Positions 1 to 13,279 of a stretch of DNA of 64,000 bases are shown in pieces. Below the pieces are notes generated by a model that was not told the DNA's origin, did no database searches, and saw only the letters and a program-made list of their open reading frames with translations. How positions within the stretch are numbered: position 1 is the first letter of the stretch; each line of letters begins with the position of its first letter. The stretch comes from Chrysomallon squamiferum (taxonomy: Eukaryota > Animalia > Mollusca): positions 24,366,001 to 24,430,000 of the forward strand of contig CM022665.1 of NCBI GenBank assembly GCA_012295275.1, in the 5' to 3' direction. A program made the position numbers and the translations under genes.

Positions 1-1138
1 AAAATATTCATCATAGTTTTTTTATGTTTTTCATACTGAATTGTCAGCAGTTTTTTGAAATCCAGTTTTGAACTTTGTTTTCCAATAATAACAGAGTAAA
101 CACTACAACAAATAAACTTGATAGTAATGTAAATTGATCGAAATCTCAATAAACATCTATTCTAAATTTGTGCCAGTTTGGAGAATAGATAAAACAAACA
201 AATAGTAAAAAAAAAAAAAAAAAAAAGAATATTCTTTTACAAATACACAATCATTTATCTAATTTATAGCGTTAAGTTATTTTTTGACGATCTGAAACAT
301 TATCATGAAATAGCAGAATATGTAATGATTTTTTCACATAAAATTGAGCAATCCTTGTAAGTGAGAGATCAATACTGTTTTTTATCATTGATAAACAGAA
401 AAAAAAAACATCTTTGTATTGATTCTCATTCTTCTTTTCCATCGAGCAACAAACTTCGTCACCGCCGATTAGAGATATTAATCTATAGAATTCACAGTAC
501 TTAATAACAGCACTGTTATTCCAAACATGTACCTTTCAAGTCAGAATTGATCTCCAAGGAATGGTTATGTTTTATAGGTACTGACATAAAGCGTTTATTA
601 TTACACTATAGTGGCGCCTGTGATCCAAACAGCAGTCATCCTTTTATCTACCCATTCAGCTATCACTTGATGTGCACACTACTTATTGTGGCAGTTGATG
701 GCTAAGAGAGGTTTTGTCACTCGTAATGCTGTTACAAGATTAGCAGCCTTTGAAAGGTGTTTGTTTTTAGGAAGCCACTTCGTCAGTGGGTGATTGGCAT
801 TTACTTTAAGCTCATTGTCACAGCGACTCCACGCATGTTACAGCTTGCTTTTCTTCTCTAGTTATTTTAGCTGAGTGTGTTAAACTGATAGAGTTTATTA
901 AATAAATCATAAAATTATTTTTGATTTTATTCTTGTTATCCATTTCAATTTTAATTTTTTTAAGCTTATATATTTATATATATATACAGGCAGCCATCAA
1001 GTGACAGATTAATAATATAACAAGTTGATTCCAATTACCCAACAAAAATTCTTTTAAAATAAAGGTAAAATCTATAATTGTACCTGTATTGTTTTGTAAT
1101 GAACTGTGTTTTAAAATGATATTTATTTTATGCTTCAG

Positions 1139-4100
1139 TTTTCAAGCACAAGTTCAGAAGACAGCTCTACAGATGAGAGCTGTCACTTTCGGAGGCCCTA
1201 TCGAGGATTACGAATGGGAACATTACGCGAAGACATCCTCTACTCATCTTCTCACTCAGACCCAGACTACACTTCTAGTAGTGAGCAGTCATGTGACACA
1301 GTCATCTACCTTGGTGCTAATGGACAGTCACTTAGTGATCGTGAACTCACTGACAATGAAGGCCCACCTCGTCATGTGCCTCGCACCAATCCTCGGTTAC
1401 CCAGGAGACCAAGTGGATCGAGGTCTTCTGGTGATGATTCTGATAGTGGAAGAAGTGTGACATATTCTGAACCAAGGAATGGTTATGAATCTCGTCTCCC
1501 TGTCAGATCATCCACTCCTGTTCGCAATCTTCAGATGAATGACAAGCCTCAAGTTCATTCAGCTCCAGGGTCACCAAGACCAGGCATGGCCATGCCTCAC
1601 AGCAGAAATGATCCAAGGACAAAAGGTGTCTTTACAAAACCTCAACTTCCTACTGAAATAAAAGAAATAAACTCCCACTGGTCAGAAAAGATGAGACAGC
1701 ACATGCCTCATCACTCTGGGAAAAAGCATGCAAGGAATCCCCAAGAATCTGGTCCCATTCAGGGGGAACAGTGGGTAGATGGGCCAGGTGCTGCCATTTA
1801 CCCAGAAAAAAAGAAGTCTAAAGAATTATGGGTGGATGGTCCTCAGGCCTTCATGGTTGCATCACCTGAGCCTACAAAAACAGAAAGCAAGAGATCAGTA
1901 ATAAATCGCAAAGTTAGTTCTGAAGAACAGTGGGTTGATGGTCCTCAAGAAATGATCGCTGGACCAAAGACCTCAAAAGAGGAAGTGCCTGTTCAATTGC
2001 CTGCTCAACCCATGCACACATGCAGCAAGCTTGATTATTCATCAGAGTCACCAAAGGGAAGTCCAAAGCATCAGCTCAAGCAACCAAGCGACAACAAGGT
2101 GCTAAAACAAGCTCTGTCTAAACTTGTTCCTGATGGGAAGGAGCGACCTGAGAGCACAGTTAGTCTTGAAAGTAATTTGTCCACCATTGCAGAAGCCTCT
2201 GACTCCAGGCCATCCAGCATGATGGAACCAAGTGGACACAAACCTGAATCTGCTGCTAAAACAGAAACTCTACCAGAGGCAGGAGCAGTTAAACCATTTG
2301 TAAGAGATTGGGTTCACAAACACAGAGTGAGCAAGGACCAGGCTGTACAGAGTGACTCAGATACAGGAATGTATATTGTGGACTCTGATAATAGGGTCAT
2401 AGGATCACTAGAATCGATGAACACTGCCAAGAAACATAAACTGTCTAGCTCTTTAAGCAAGAAGTTGCAAGCATCTTCATCATCGCCAAAACATTCACCC
2501 AGAAATTCACCAGCCATAGCCAGAAAATCAAAAAGTGAAGCAAAAACTGAATCTGCAAAACTACAGAAATGTCAGCTGCCTTGTACAACAAATCCAACAA
2601 ACCGAGTGGCTGAGTGGATTAAATCTGTCAGTGTTGAGAATGACCTGGACACAGCCACTTCAGAAACTCACCAGATTGTCATGGCTGATGCAGAAACAAA
2701 CACTGAACATGATTCTGACTTTGAAAGAATGGCAGCCTCAGATGGCAGCCTCAAAGGTTTGGAAAACCAGCAAACAACAGTTAAGGAATCACAAGCTGAA
2801 CCTGATGTTTGTATGGCAGACACAAGTTTCGACAGCAGCATGAGTACAGGAGAAATGACAAATACTGCAGCAGTAAACAGAGATTCTATTTATGAAATCG
2901 AGGTGGAAGAACAGCTTGAAGGACTAAAGAGGGGTGGTTCTCAGTTACAGAATGACATCCCTGATGATGAAACATTCAGCAGTATATCTAAAACAGATAC
3001 AAATGATGACAATGATAAAGGTGAATCCCAATCAGTGCATGAGTCTGTCACAGAGCAGCATATGCGAGCTCTGACCAGTGGGTCCAGCAGCATTTCGAAA
3101 GGACTGAGTAAGACACTGTGTGATAGGGATTCTTCACCAGTCTTATCAGAATACGATAATGAGCAGATTGCTAACAAAACTGTGCCATTGCCAATGCTTT
3201 TTCGGCGTCCAGATGGTGCATCCAATCCCAATCTCATGAAGGAAATGTTTCAGGAGAGTGTATTGGGAAAGGATGTTTTGAATAAGCAAAGTTATGTTCT
3301 AAGCAGTGACAGTGTAGATGCAGTGGTTGCCAGTGTTACATCTAGTCACAATGACTCTGGTATTAGCAGTGTATCTGACCTACCTACTACCTCAAGTTTT
3401 GTGCTGGGACCATCAAGTAAATCAGGCAAGGCTGGCAATGACTATACCATCTCTCCAGAAGTGCAATCATTATCTCTCTCAGGCAAAGGTGGTGCTGTGT
3501 GTAAATCTCAAGTCCAGTCAAAACCTCCGCTCCCTCAGAAACCAAACGGCTCACCCAAACTGAGTTCATTGCCCAAACCATCCAGCTCATCTTGTTCAAG
3601 TCCATCTAGGCAGCTTTCTTCAACGTCAAAAAACGCTTTAAAAGACTTGTCCTCAAACCAAAAGCAGACAAGCAAAACGTCCATCCCTGTGTCATCACAT
3701 AATAGAGAAAAAGACAAATCCAACAACAAAATACAGAAAATAAACAGTGCTTCTAATGTTAATGGCGTTTCAAAAAATGCTTCCAAAAATGGAAAAACTG
3801 CTAATGGCAGTCACAGCAAACTGCCAGTGTTTTCTAACAGCAGGACGTCATCGCCTAACAAGGAAACAAAATCACAAAAGAAGGAAAAAGAAAACAAAAG
3901 TTCTAAGTTAGATAATGCTCTTGTTTCAGAACTGTTGCTTAAAAACAAAGGAAATGATTCTGATAGTGGAAACGACAGTGGCATTGTAGCTCATGATAAG
4001 TTGTTGTCTCCATATGCCACTGTGACAAAACCACGCACTCCCAGTCACTCCAGCAGTGGCCATGGCAGTGACAACAGCAGTACAATAAGCACAGGCATCC

Positions 4101-4256
4101 ACTCTCACCATGGTAACAAGTCTGACAAGATACATGGTGGGACAAGCAGTGGGTATGAGAGCATGCTGAGAGACAGTGAGGCAACTGGTTCATCAGGACA
4201 TGAAGGAAGTGCCAGTGAAAGCTCACAGGAACGAAAGAAAGGTTCCAAGAAGAAAG
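1139..4256 (+). CDS. KIF26: Kinesin-like protein KIF26 (kinesin-11/vab-8 family), 3118-nt internal exon encoding the post-motor disordered tail
   Basis: Contains KIF26A/B-like motifs DPDYTSSSEQSCDTVIYLG..LSDRELTDNEGPP and GGTSSGYESMLRDSEATGS. Acceptor ttttatgcttcag ends at 1138 (phase 0) and donor AAG|gtttgt follows 4256 (phase 1). The ORF-track ATG at 1130 is intronic, and the motor-domain exons lie upstream of the window. Confidence 0.9.
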
Positions 4257-4610
4257 GTTTGTTTTTTCTTTGCTTCTAATTAAATAAATTAAAGAAAATG
4301 ATTTTTGGTCAACTCTTATTTTTTTTTACTATTTTAGTTAAATATAATATAAATTTATTCAACAATTTGGTAAACATGCTTAAATAAGAAAATACGAACC
4401 TTTCAAAGCAAAATTAAATCCAAAACTGTCATATCAATGAAAGGAGTACAGTTTTTAAAATACAATCCAATATAATGAAAACTGTTAAACCTTTTTTTAT
4501 TCAAATATAAACATTTTTTATATAGAATGTAAGTACATGTTCATTAATGACATACAAATTTAACATATTTCTGAATGTCAACATTTACATATTTTATTTA
4601 CATAATTTAG

Positions 4611-4831
4611 GAACCCGCAGGAGCCGATCAGCACCTGCAAGGTCATCTGAAAGCCCTCCTGAAAGCTGTAAACAGAGTCCTTCAGTAGTTCGTAAAAACA
4701 CCAGCCCTTCATCCCGAGCCTGGGTGGACACTCGGTTTCTGCACAAGTCAAAGGAAGAGCCGTTTGAGATAAAGAAGTATGACATTTGTGATGTGGAGAA
4801 ACTTCAGAGGTGGAGACAGGAAGAGAGTGAG
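4611..4831 (+). CDS. KIF26: KIF26 internal exon (GTRRSRSAPARS...AWVDT...EEPFEIKKYDICDVEKLQRWRQEESE)
   Basis: Acceptor aatttag| is phase 1, matching the previous donor; donor GAG|gtaagt is phase 0. WVD and EPFEIK.Y.I.DVE.LQR resemble the conserved KIF26 C-terminal motifs. Confidence 0.9.
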
Positions 4832-5496
4832 GTAAGTCACCACTTGATAATCTTTCTTAATGGTGTTAAAAATCAAAATTCAAATCTTTTTTTTTTTTTT
4901 TACATAACTTGTTAACAACAGGTAATAATATAACCTATCATGTTAATAAAAGTGAATTAAAATTTGTATTTCAAAATAATTTTCTCTGCTTTTCATGTAC
5001 CCAGAGATAGGGGGGAGTATGTATAGGTGTGGGTGTCTTATATATTTAACTTGGTCAGTTTTTGCTATCAGACACTGCAGATATTTTTATAGTTCCTGAA
5101 ATTCCTTTGAAGTTGAAAATAACAAAATTAATATATTTACATACAGATAATCTTCAAAATTATGAGAAACTAACTCTTATTTTTCAATTCATTTTTAAGA
5201 GTATTAGAGTATTATGCTCTCGAGATAAAATAAAAATGTATAAAGCTTTTTAGATTATGTTTAATTTAGAAATTATATCTTTGTTTTTACAGTCAAAGGG
5301 AGATTACTCTTGCAATTTAAAAAAAACAAAAAAATTGTAATATTTTAAGAAAACTTAAAAATAGTTTTTCGTGCATTAACATTGTTACTTACTATTTCCA
5401 ATATCTAAATGATCATAATTTTTGCTGTTGTTGTTGTTACTATTATCTTATTTATTGATTTTATTCATTAATATATTTATTTATTTATTAATGCAG

Positions 5497-5685
5497 GGAA
5501 AAATCACAGAGCAGCAGAGATGTGAGAGGATGAAGGAATTGCTCTGTAAACAAGAAGATCCAAAACAGGAGATAACTCCATCATCTAAGGACAGAATTAT
5601 GATTGAACGAAGTACCTGGACATTTGATTGTAAATTTCTCATGTGTTTCTCCTGCAAATCAAGATCACAGCCAACTGATGTCTGA
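5497..5685 (+). CDS. KIF26: KIF26 probable terminal coding exon (GKITEQQRCERMKELL...RIMIERSTWTFDCKFLMCF...PTDV*)
   Basis: Acceptor taatgcag| is in phase 0. The peptide resembles the KIF26 C-terminal coiled coil (K.R.M....W). Stop TGA at 5683-5685; an internal donor at TTTGATT|gtaaat cannot be excluded. Confidence 0.7.
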   Translation, partial: GKITEQQRCERMKELLCKQEDPKQEITPSSKDRIMIERSTWTFDCKFLMCFSCKSRSQPTDV

Positions 5686-8600
5686 TTTATGAAATGCTAA
5701 AGAAAGCCTCCATTCTTATAAAAATTCAGAATTAAGATTCAAATTTGGTTTATTATTTATTTACATTTTCTTTTTTATATTCGACATTAAAGGTCACAGA
5801 GAAAGGTTATATTTCGAAAGTAACCTTTGAAATCTGATAGTAACCATAGAATATTAATCATATTTTGGTCATTACTGTAATAACTCCCAAGTTTGAAAGG
5901 TATTAATGTAAAGAATACAAGTATATTTTATGCTAAAATTAAGGAGCAAAACTAAAAAATATATATATATTAGTTTTCATATTTAACTGTATGGATTAAA
6001 GTAAATTTGAGTTTTAAACCTGAAATTTATAAGAACTGTTTCAGGCTTTGGTTTAGAAAACTGTGCATTAAAATAAGTCTGTTAAGATTTTGTTTTATAT
6101 TTATATCTGTCAATGAATTTTATAATAAATCATGCTACATCTTTTTTTATCTTGTTTGCTCTGTTGATTTCGTTTACATTTTAAGATGTACATTAATATA
6201 TTCATCTTATTTTATTTTCTGTTTCATAAATATTTCAGAGAATATTGATAAGAATTCATAGAATATTGATAAGAATTCATAATCATCAGTTTCAAATGAG
6301 AAATTTTAAAAGAACAGCCATTATGCATTTAAAACCATATTTCTAATATTTAGACCAAGACATAATCAGCTTCATAAGTAATTCAAATTGATGAATTAAA
6401 CAACTATTTATCATACTTTTAAAGCTATATTTCTGTACATAACAATTCACAGAATATTTGTACAAAGGTATTAATTGTCATTATTGTATCTCTGTGCACA
6501 AAATAGTGTTTGCACTTTTATAACAATTAATACAAATACTCATATTTGCTCCAAAAGTACATTTGTGCTTTACTTTTTAAAACATTTTTTTTCCCTTCCA
6601 TCCAACATTTTTTTTAATATATTTTTTAAAGACCATCAGTTTGTGTCACATATTTTAGCAGTTTGATACAAAGCTATGCTATATTTTATGCAATACGCAT
6701 CATGCATGTCCGTCGTTTTATTTCATATGCAATTTGCATAATTAACCCATTTTCTTTGACTACATATTTGTTTTATGTATACATATAATTACTATTATTA
6801 CTATGTGCATCATCTGTGGATTAACTTCATTTAGGTGTAAATATTTTGCTATTTTCTATGCAAATATGTATTTTGTAGTAATTTATATGCAGATTTTCTC
6901 ACTTTGGTGCATACTTCGATGCAAGAATATGATGGGAAAATAATAACAAAGCTTGCCAAAATGATGTCACAAAATGCGACATTGTCCAAATCTATCATGC
7001 TTGCATATTTTTTTAATGCTGTTAAAAATGATTATTTATTTATTATTTATACCCACTGCATGACTTCTTGGATCTATTTATTTATTTATACAGATCAAAG
7101 AAACAGTTCTAAACTGTTAAAATGCTGCATCATTTCAAATTTAAACAATGACGTAATATGATATTAGGTAAGAATTTGTTTTTAAATTATTATTATTCAC
7201 AAAAATCTGAAAAGATCATAATGTATTTTTCTAAAGTACTTCTGAATTTGACATATTATTTCATTTTATTTGTAGAAATATCGATTTATTATCATGTATT
7301 TTATTTTGAAGCGTAGCTCAATACTTTTGAAATTTTCTGACTTCATATTCTAAAGTGCCTAAATAATATATGAAATACTAAACTCTGATTTTATTATTAT
7401 TATTATTATTTTAATATCACCCTCTTTACATGTATTATTATTATTATTATTATTATTATTAAACACAAGCTTAAGGAATATGCAAGCAGAATGTTTGGAC
7501 ACTTTTCTCTTTGACTGCTGCTTCAACCAGTTTCATCAGTTTTCTGGTTGCTTTGCTTTTTTTTTTTTTTTTTTTTTTTACATTGTTGTTGTTTAAATAA
7601 AATGTAAAATTAATAGTTTTGATTTGCCAGTACCTTTAGTACAAGTAACATTAAATAATGTTTGTTATTTGATGAACAATTAATATTTATAAATTCAAAC
7701 TTTCTAATATGTGAAAGATTGATGATTGTATTCGGAAGTAATATTTATGATTTTTGTATTACCAGTAATGTGAGCATATTTATTGTTCAAATACAACTCA
7801 GATGTGAAGGATTTATATTTGTATACTGGAAATATAAAAATATGTAGGTCATATTTAAGACTGGAGTAAATATTTATATAGCTGAAACAAATTGTATTTG
7901 AAGGTCATAAGTGATAATGAGTTGTGACTTGATGAGAAGGTTATTAATAATAATTATCATTTGATAATAGCAGAAAAATAAACAGTAATTATTGTTTGGT
8001 AATAAGGAAAACACAAAAGTTATCAAAATGAATTATTTTGAATGGAAGCCAGACAAAAAAGGTTATGTAATTATAGAAAAGGGAAAAAGAATTTGGATAA
8101 TAAAAAATGTATCCATTGTATAATAACTACATCATGTGTAGAATCTACAAATTATTTGATAATGCATTATTAACAATAATTCACAAAAAGAAATTCATTA
8201 ACACAGAACATTATCAAAATAGACATGTATGTATGTATGTATGTATCTATATTATAACTGTAGTCACTTCTTCAGAATAACTGATATATAATTCTGAATG
8301 TGTAGCTGTGGCAACTTTCAAGTTATAACTACTAGTAATCGTAGAATAATGTATGTCAGATGGTTTCATCAATTTTATATATATATATATATATAAATTT
8401 TGTCACTGCAAAATAATGTGGGTTTTTTGTTTGTTTTTGTTTTTTTTTTTTTTTTTTTTTTGATTTTTTCTTATTTTTTTTTGTACTATCTCAATTGGAA
8501 ATGGTGCTTATTTCTAAAATACCTTTTCTGTATGAGAAGGTAATTAATTATTTTCTATGATAAATATTATTTATCCACGTATAGGCTACTTAGCCCTGGT

Positions 8601-9510
8601 GTATAATTTGTTAACACCAAAAATCCAAGTAGTTACTATGTAAAATTTGTTTATCAATGTCAATAAAATAATTGATCAAAGATTGTAAGCTTTTTTTTTT
8701 TTCAAAAATGAAAATAATAAAAAAAAAAAAAAAACATTATAAAAAATTAAAACATGAAAAAAAATATATATACATTTTTTCTTAAGAATAGTAATATTTA
8801 TTGTTCTGTCATTATTAACAGTCTTGTAGGTTAAAGAAAGATATAATATATTTAAATGAAAAATATCACCTACAGACATACTGAAAACAAATGGGCCTTT
8901 CATATTCTTACTCTCCTTTGTGAAATTATGAAATTCAGACTCTGATACAAACAAATTAAATGGCTACCATGAAACTTAAACTTGTCAAATATTTGATGTT
9001 TAACGTTTTGTTTCTAGAAATAAATAAATGTATATAATATAAATATGTAACTCAACGTTGACACCTCATAGACACAGTAGCTGATAAATGTTTGTTCGTT
9101 TAAAGTTTTTTTGTGTTTTGAAGATGATTTGTTTATAATATAGTATCATCATACAGTCATGCTCCTGCCGTTGCTTAGCCCCGTGTTATAAATTATTTGA
9201 CAATATCAGGCCACCAGGCCTAATAAATAAATAAATAAATAAATAAATAAATAGCAAAAGCTCTTATTGCCATTCAAAGTATCAAGGAAAGGTTAAATTT
9301 AAAATAAATAAATAAATAAATAAATAAATAAATATAACAAAGAAAAATTGTCAAAATGATACTTTCTACAAAACTGATTTTTGGAAAGGACTAATGCAGG
9401 TGCCAACATAGCAGTCATCTAAAATTTGCGTAATGTATTTATTTGTATTGATATTAGAAAGATGTACATTTATTCTCTTTGTATATTATTAAAATGTGGA
9501 GAATAAACAT
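5686..9510 (+). other. Probable long 3' UTR of KIF26 (end approximate)
   Basis: ORF-poor U/A-rich sequence with TGTA/ATTTA motifs and several AATAAA signals (e.g. ~8662, ~9502). Confidence 0.35.
6240..6281. repeat. Perfect 21-bp tandem duplication
   Basis: gaatattgataagaattcata x2. Confidence 0.9.
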
Positions 9511-10067
9511 ATATTGACATTTTATTTATTTTGGTTTGCTGTGTCTTGTTAATGACGAATTAATTGAAGTAAACTACGTTAATATATTAATCAAATAACA
9601 AAACACATTTTAGAAACCGTAGTAAATTTTGTATTTATTTACTTATCTATTTTATTTTATTATTAATGTTATTATTTTAATTTTTAATGTTTGTTGTTTT
9701 GTTACATTCAACAGAACAATAATAAGATTTGCTAAAATAAGATTGTGGTAACGCTATATTTCCGTGTAAAAAAAAAATAAATAAATAAATAAATAAATAA
9801 ATTTGTAAAACATTAAATGAATGAGAGATAATTTTAAAAAGTTGCCACTCTAAGAAGGTTTTTTTATATATATATTTACATGTGCTAAATGATGTTTACA
9901 TATTTGTTGTATGAGTGATTATTACCAAAGAGGTGCACAGCGATAAATAAAATAATATTTATATTTTAGTGTCTATGCTTAAACTACCAAAGGAACATTT
10001 TAATATGTTGTTCTACATCTGCATGGTTATCCACTTACTCTTATATAACCTATATATATATAATAAC

Positions 10068-10148
10068 AAAATAATATAACAGTGTTACACAACCTGCAAA
10101 GGATTGTAAGACTGTTTTACTGAAATAATAGTGGCAGATGAATATAAT
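10068..10148 (+). repeat. Diverged copy of a segment found inside the hAT-like element (~14791-14874)
   Basis: aaaataatataacagtgttacacaacctgcaaaggattgtaagactgttttactgaa vs aaaataatataacaatgttacataacctgcaacggatcgtaagactgttttactgaa. Confidence 0.8.
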
Positions 10149-10780
10149 TTAATCCTCGTTATTTTCCTAAAGACTGAACAGCACATGCCTTATCAGTTTC
10201 AAATAATAATAATAATAATAAATAAAAAAAAGAAAGAATGAGATTTGTTAATTACACATTTTAAAGTAATGTAATTTAATATTTTGCTAAAGTAATTTAA
10301 AACAATTTCCATTTATCTTAAAACGGGAATTAAGAAAGAATGATAATATTTTAGAAAACGAGTTTGTTAACCCGAACAATACAAATAAATAAATAAATAA
10401 ATAATAGTAAGAAGAAGAAGAAGAAGAAATGCAGAAGAAGAAGAAGAAGAAGAAGAAAAGAAGAACGAATAGAAAACAAAATCTAGTTCAAATAATAGTA
10501 ATATATTTTATTAATTCATAATTATTGATTATATTACTTCTGAACAGACATTGTCTTTCACTGCGTTAATCAAAGACAAATAATAAAATAATAATAATAA
10601 TAATAATATTTATATATTAAAATTTGACTTCAAATAAATACCATTCGAGACTGTCACTTTCGTTTGGTCAGTTTTTACAGTTTAACAACACATAAATATT
10701 TCAACACAGGTCACTTGCAAAACAATCCATTTTTACATTACATAAATTATAACATATTTATATTTCTTTTTGCTTTTAGG

Positions 10781-11212
10781 TCAGCGAATATTCTTCTTCA
10801 GCTTTTCTTTCTTGAAAATGCTTCTCTTTAGCTGAAACTTTTTTGAAACAAGAACATTAATCCTAAAAGGTCTGCACATAAACCTGCAACTTTGACGTAT
10901 TCGATTACGCAGCACATTTATGGGCTTGTCCATTTTTCTTCTAACGAAACCTGTATTGTGAACGTCCTCCATTGATTCGTCCTGAGATGAGATTTCCAAG
11001 AAATCTTTAGAATTCAAAACACCAGTGTATGGCACCATTGTTTCGGACAGGTCCAACGTTTCATTTCCATGAACAAATCCTGTTTCTAGAGGATCCAATG
11101 ATACATTTTCTGATGAGATATCGTTAAAGTTAGAAAACTGAATGTCGTCTTCCTTTCCCAGATTAAAAGAACATCCAACAACAATTCTTGACTGATAATG
11201 AGGTACATCCAT
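10781..11212 (-). CDS. Orphan protein A (143 aa; acidic N-terminal half, basic C-terminal half)
   Basis: ATG-initiated non-repetitive ORF in AT-rich flanks, start context gcaATGG. TATAAAA (11432-11438) and TCAGT Inr (11406-11410) lie upstream on the same strand at ~30-bp spacing. Confidence 0.6.
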   Translation of the reverse strand: MDVPHYQSRIVVGCSFNLGKEDDIQFSNFNDISSENVSLDPLETGFVHGNETLDLSETMVPYTGVLNSKDFLEISSQDESMEDVHNTGFVRRKMDKPINVLRNRIRQSCRFMCRPFRINVLVSKKFQLKRSIFKKEKLKKNIR

Positions 11213-11405
11213 TGCTGAGTCTTAACAAATAGTTCTATGTTTAAATCAAAAAATTTAATTTGCTTTCATTTAGCTAGTGCAATAATATTACTTTTTTGGA
11301 AGGTTTTCCTTTTAAAAAGCATTTGATGAAATCAGTATTTTCTTATCTCTCGTTTGCTTAAACGTTTGTCTTTCTACCAATAACTGTATTGAGTATCTCA
11401 CCTTC

Positions 11406-11438
11406 ACTGAATCAGTACAGCAGACAAAAACTTTTATA
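11406..11438 (-). promoter_or_regulatory. TATA box + initiator of ORF A
   Basis: TATAAAA lies 30 nt upstream of the A of TCAGT on the minus strand. Confidence 0.55.
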
Positions 11439-11974
11439 TTAGAAAATATTGTTTCATAACGTTAACGAAGACACGAGAACACACTCAATGTTTACATTAC
11501 TCTCTAGCCACAAATAAAGAAATGAGAATATACACACAAATCGGCTGTATTTGTTTTATATACTGTTTCTGAATTATGATGTCTAGACACGCATCGAAAC
11601 TGGATGTTCATCAGACGATGTTTGACCATTGCCCGTAACAGTGAAGTCTGCCTGCACTCCAAAGTATCCAGGTCACACAATAAAACTTTAATTGCCGATA
11701 CTTCATCACTGGCATTGATATATCGATACTGGCTGTAGGGTACATAAACGTTAATAACGCTCTTTGTATATAGTTGCAGGCGTTCGTACCTAGAAGCGAC
11801 CACATGCTAGGTAAAACCTCTAGAAAACATAGTTTGCTTAGCAATAGGAAGAAGATTATTTAGAGATTTATTATACTAATTAACATTAATGTTTGTCTGA
11901 AAACATCGTTAATGTAAATCGTTTTGTAATTGTTTTAAGATTCGATTAATTTATGTTTTATAGTATTAGTAATT

Positions 11975-11976
<2 letters not shown>

Positions 11977-12051
<75 letters not shown>

Positions 12052-12094
12052 CATACATACATACATACATGTGTGTGTGTGTGTATGTGTGTGT
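11977..12094. repeat. Compound microsatellite (CT)n(AT)n(ACAT)n(GT)n
   Basis: Direct reading. Confidence 0.95.
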
Positions 12095-12159
12095 AAAATT
12101 ATCCGTGTAAGTAATCCGTATGTGAAAGAAGAGTTAAACCAACAAAATATATTTTAATT

Positions 12160-12590
12160 AATTAATAATAATAATAACAAAACAATAACAGTAATAATAA
12201 TATCAATAATAACAATAACTGTTATTGTTGTTGTTGTTATTGTTATTGTTGTTATTATTTATCATTATCATCATGGTCATATTTATTTATTTATTACTGA
12301 TAATTATTTCTTTTGATTCTGTTTGGACAGTTATACGTTATACATTTTCGTTTATGTTTGGTTTAGGACTACATTTATTAGTAGTAGTAGTACTCGTAGT
12401 GGTGGTAGAAGTAATAGTAGTAGTAGTAGTCGTAGTAATAATAATAGCAGCAGCAGGAGTAGTAGTTATTGTTGTTTTAGCAGTATAGTTGTTGTTGCAG
12501 TTGCAGTAACTGTTGTTGTAGTTGTAGCACTAGCTGTAGTAGTAGTAGCTGGTGTTGTTGTAACAGCAATAGCAGTAGTAGAGAATATTA
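12160..12590. repeat. Low-complexity trinucleotide region (AAT/GTT/GTA/GCA)
   Basis: Degenerate triplet runs that produce spurious poly-V/L/S ORFs. Confidence 0.85.
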
Positions 12591-13081
12591 CGGAATAATA
12601 TGCAGGACATTTGAGCTGAAGTATTCGTCTGCAACGAAAATTGCTTAAGTAAAATGGCTAATCGTTTCCCACCTCTCTGTTTTTATTGCACGCCTCTGAT
12701 TAATGTTTACACTAACTCGACTCAGTCGCATTACAAACTAACACTTCCATTTGATGATTATCACAACAAACCTTAACAGTCTTTCAGAATGCAGTATAAA
12801 CGTTAGCAGATGGTTGTTCGACATACTTGTATGGTCAAACCAACACGAATATTAAAAATACTTAAAATATACAAATCAGTCAGCATAAGCCGCCAATTGT
12901 AGAAGTATAAGCATTTAATATTACCCAAATGTCTAGTTTAATTTGGACATTCTGTTATAGGAAAACAATTAAGACTAATATATTTTAGTAATATTAATGA
13001 TCGGCTCATTCATGTGAGGTTATTTTCTTTGCAGTTAAATGGTCTTTATTTATTTTTTATATATTAATTAATTAATTTATT

Positions 13082-13124
<43 letters not shown>

Positions 13125-13210
13125 GGTAGTAGTAGTATTTTATTTATATTAATTAATTTAATTTATTTATTTATTATTAATCTGTATCTGTTTCTTCTTT
13201 ATTTCTGATA

Positions 13211-13279
<69 letters not shown>

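Noticed and set aside
1130-1138. ATG start of the 1049-aa ORF as a single-exon gene
   Set aside because: The ATG lies inside a splice-acceptor tract, and the protein matches the internal part of KIF26.
1089-4785. Short ORFs overlapping KIF26 exons in other frames or antisense
   Set aside because: Shadows of the real coding frame with no independent signals.
11504-11844. 99-aa and 77-aa minus-strand ORFs upstream of ORF A
   Set aside because: Non-ATG starts, overlapping frames and no motifs; more likely upstream regulatory DNA.
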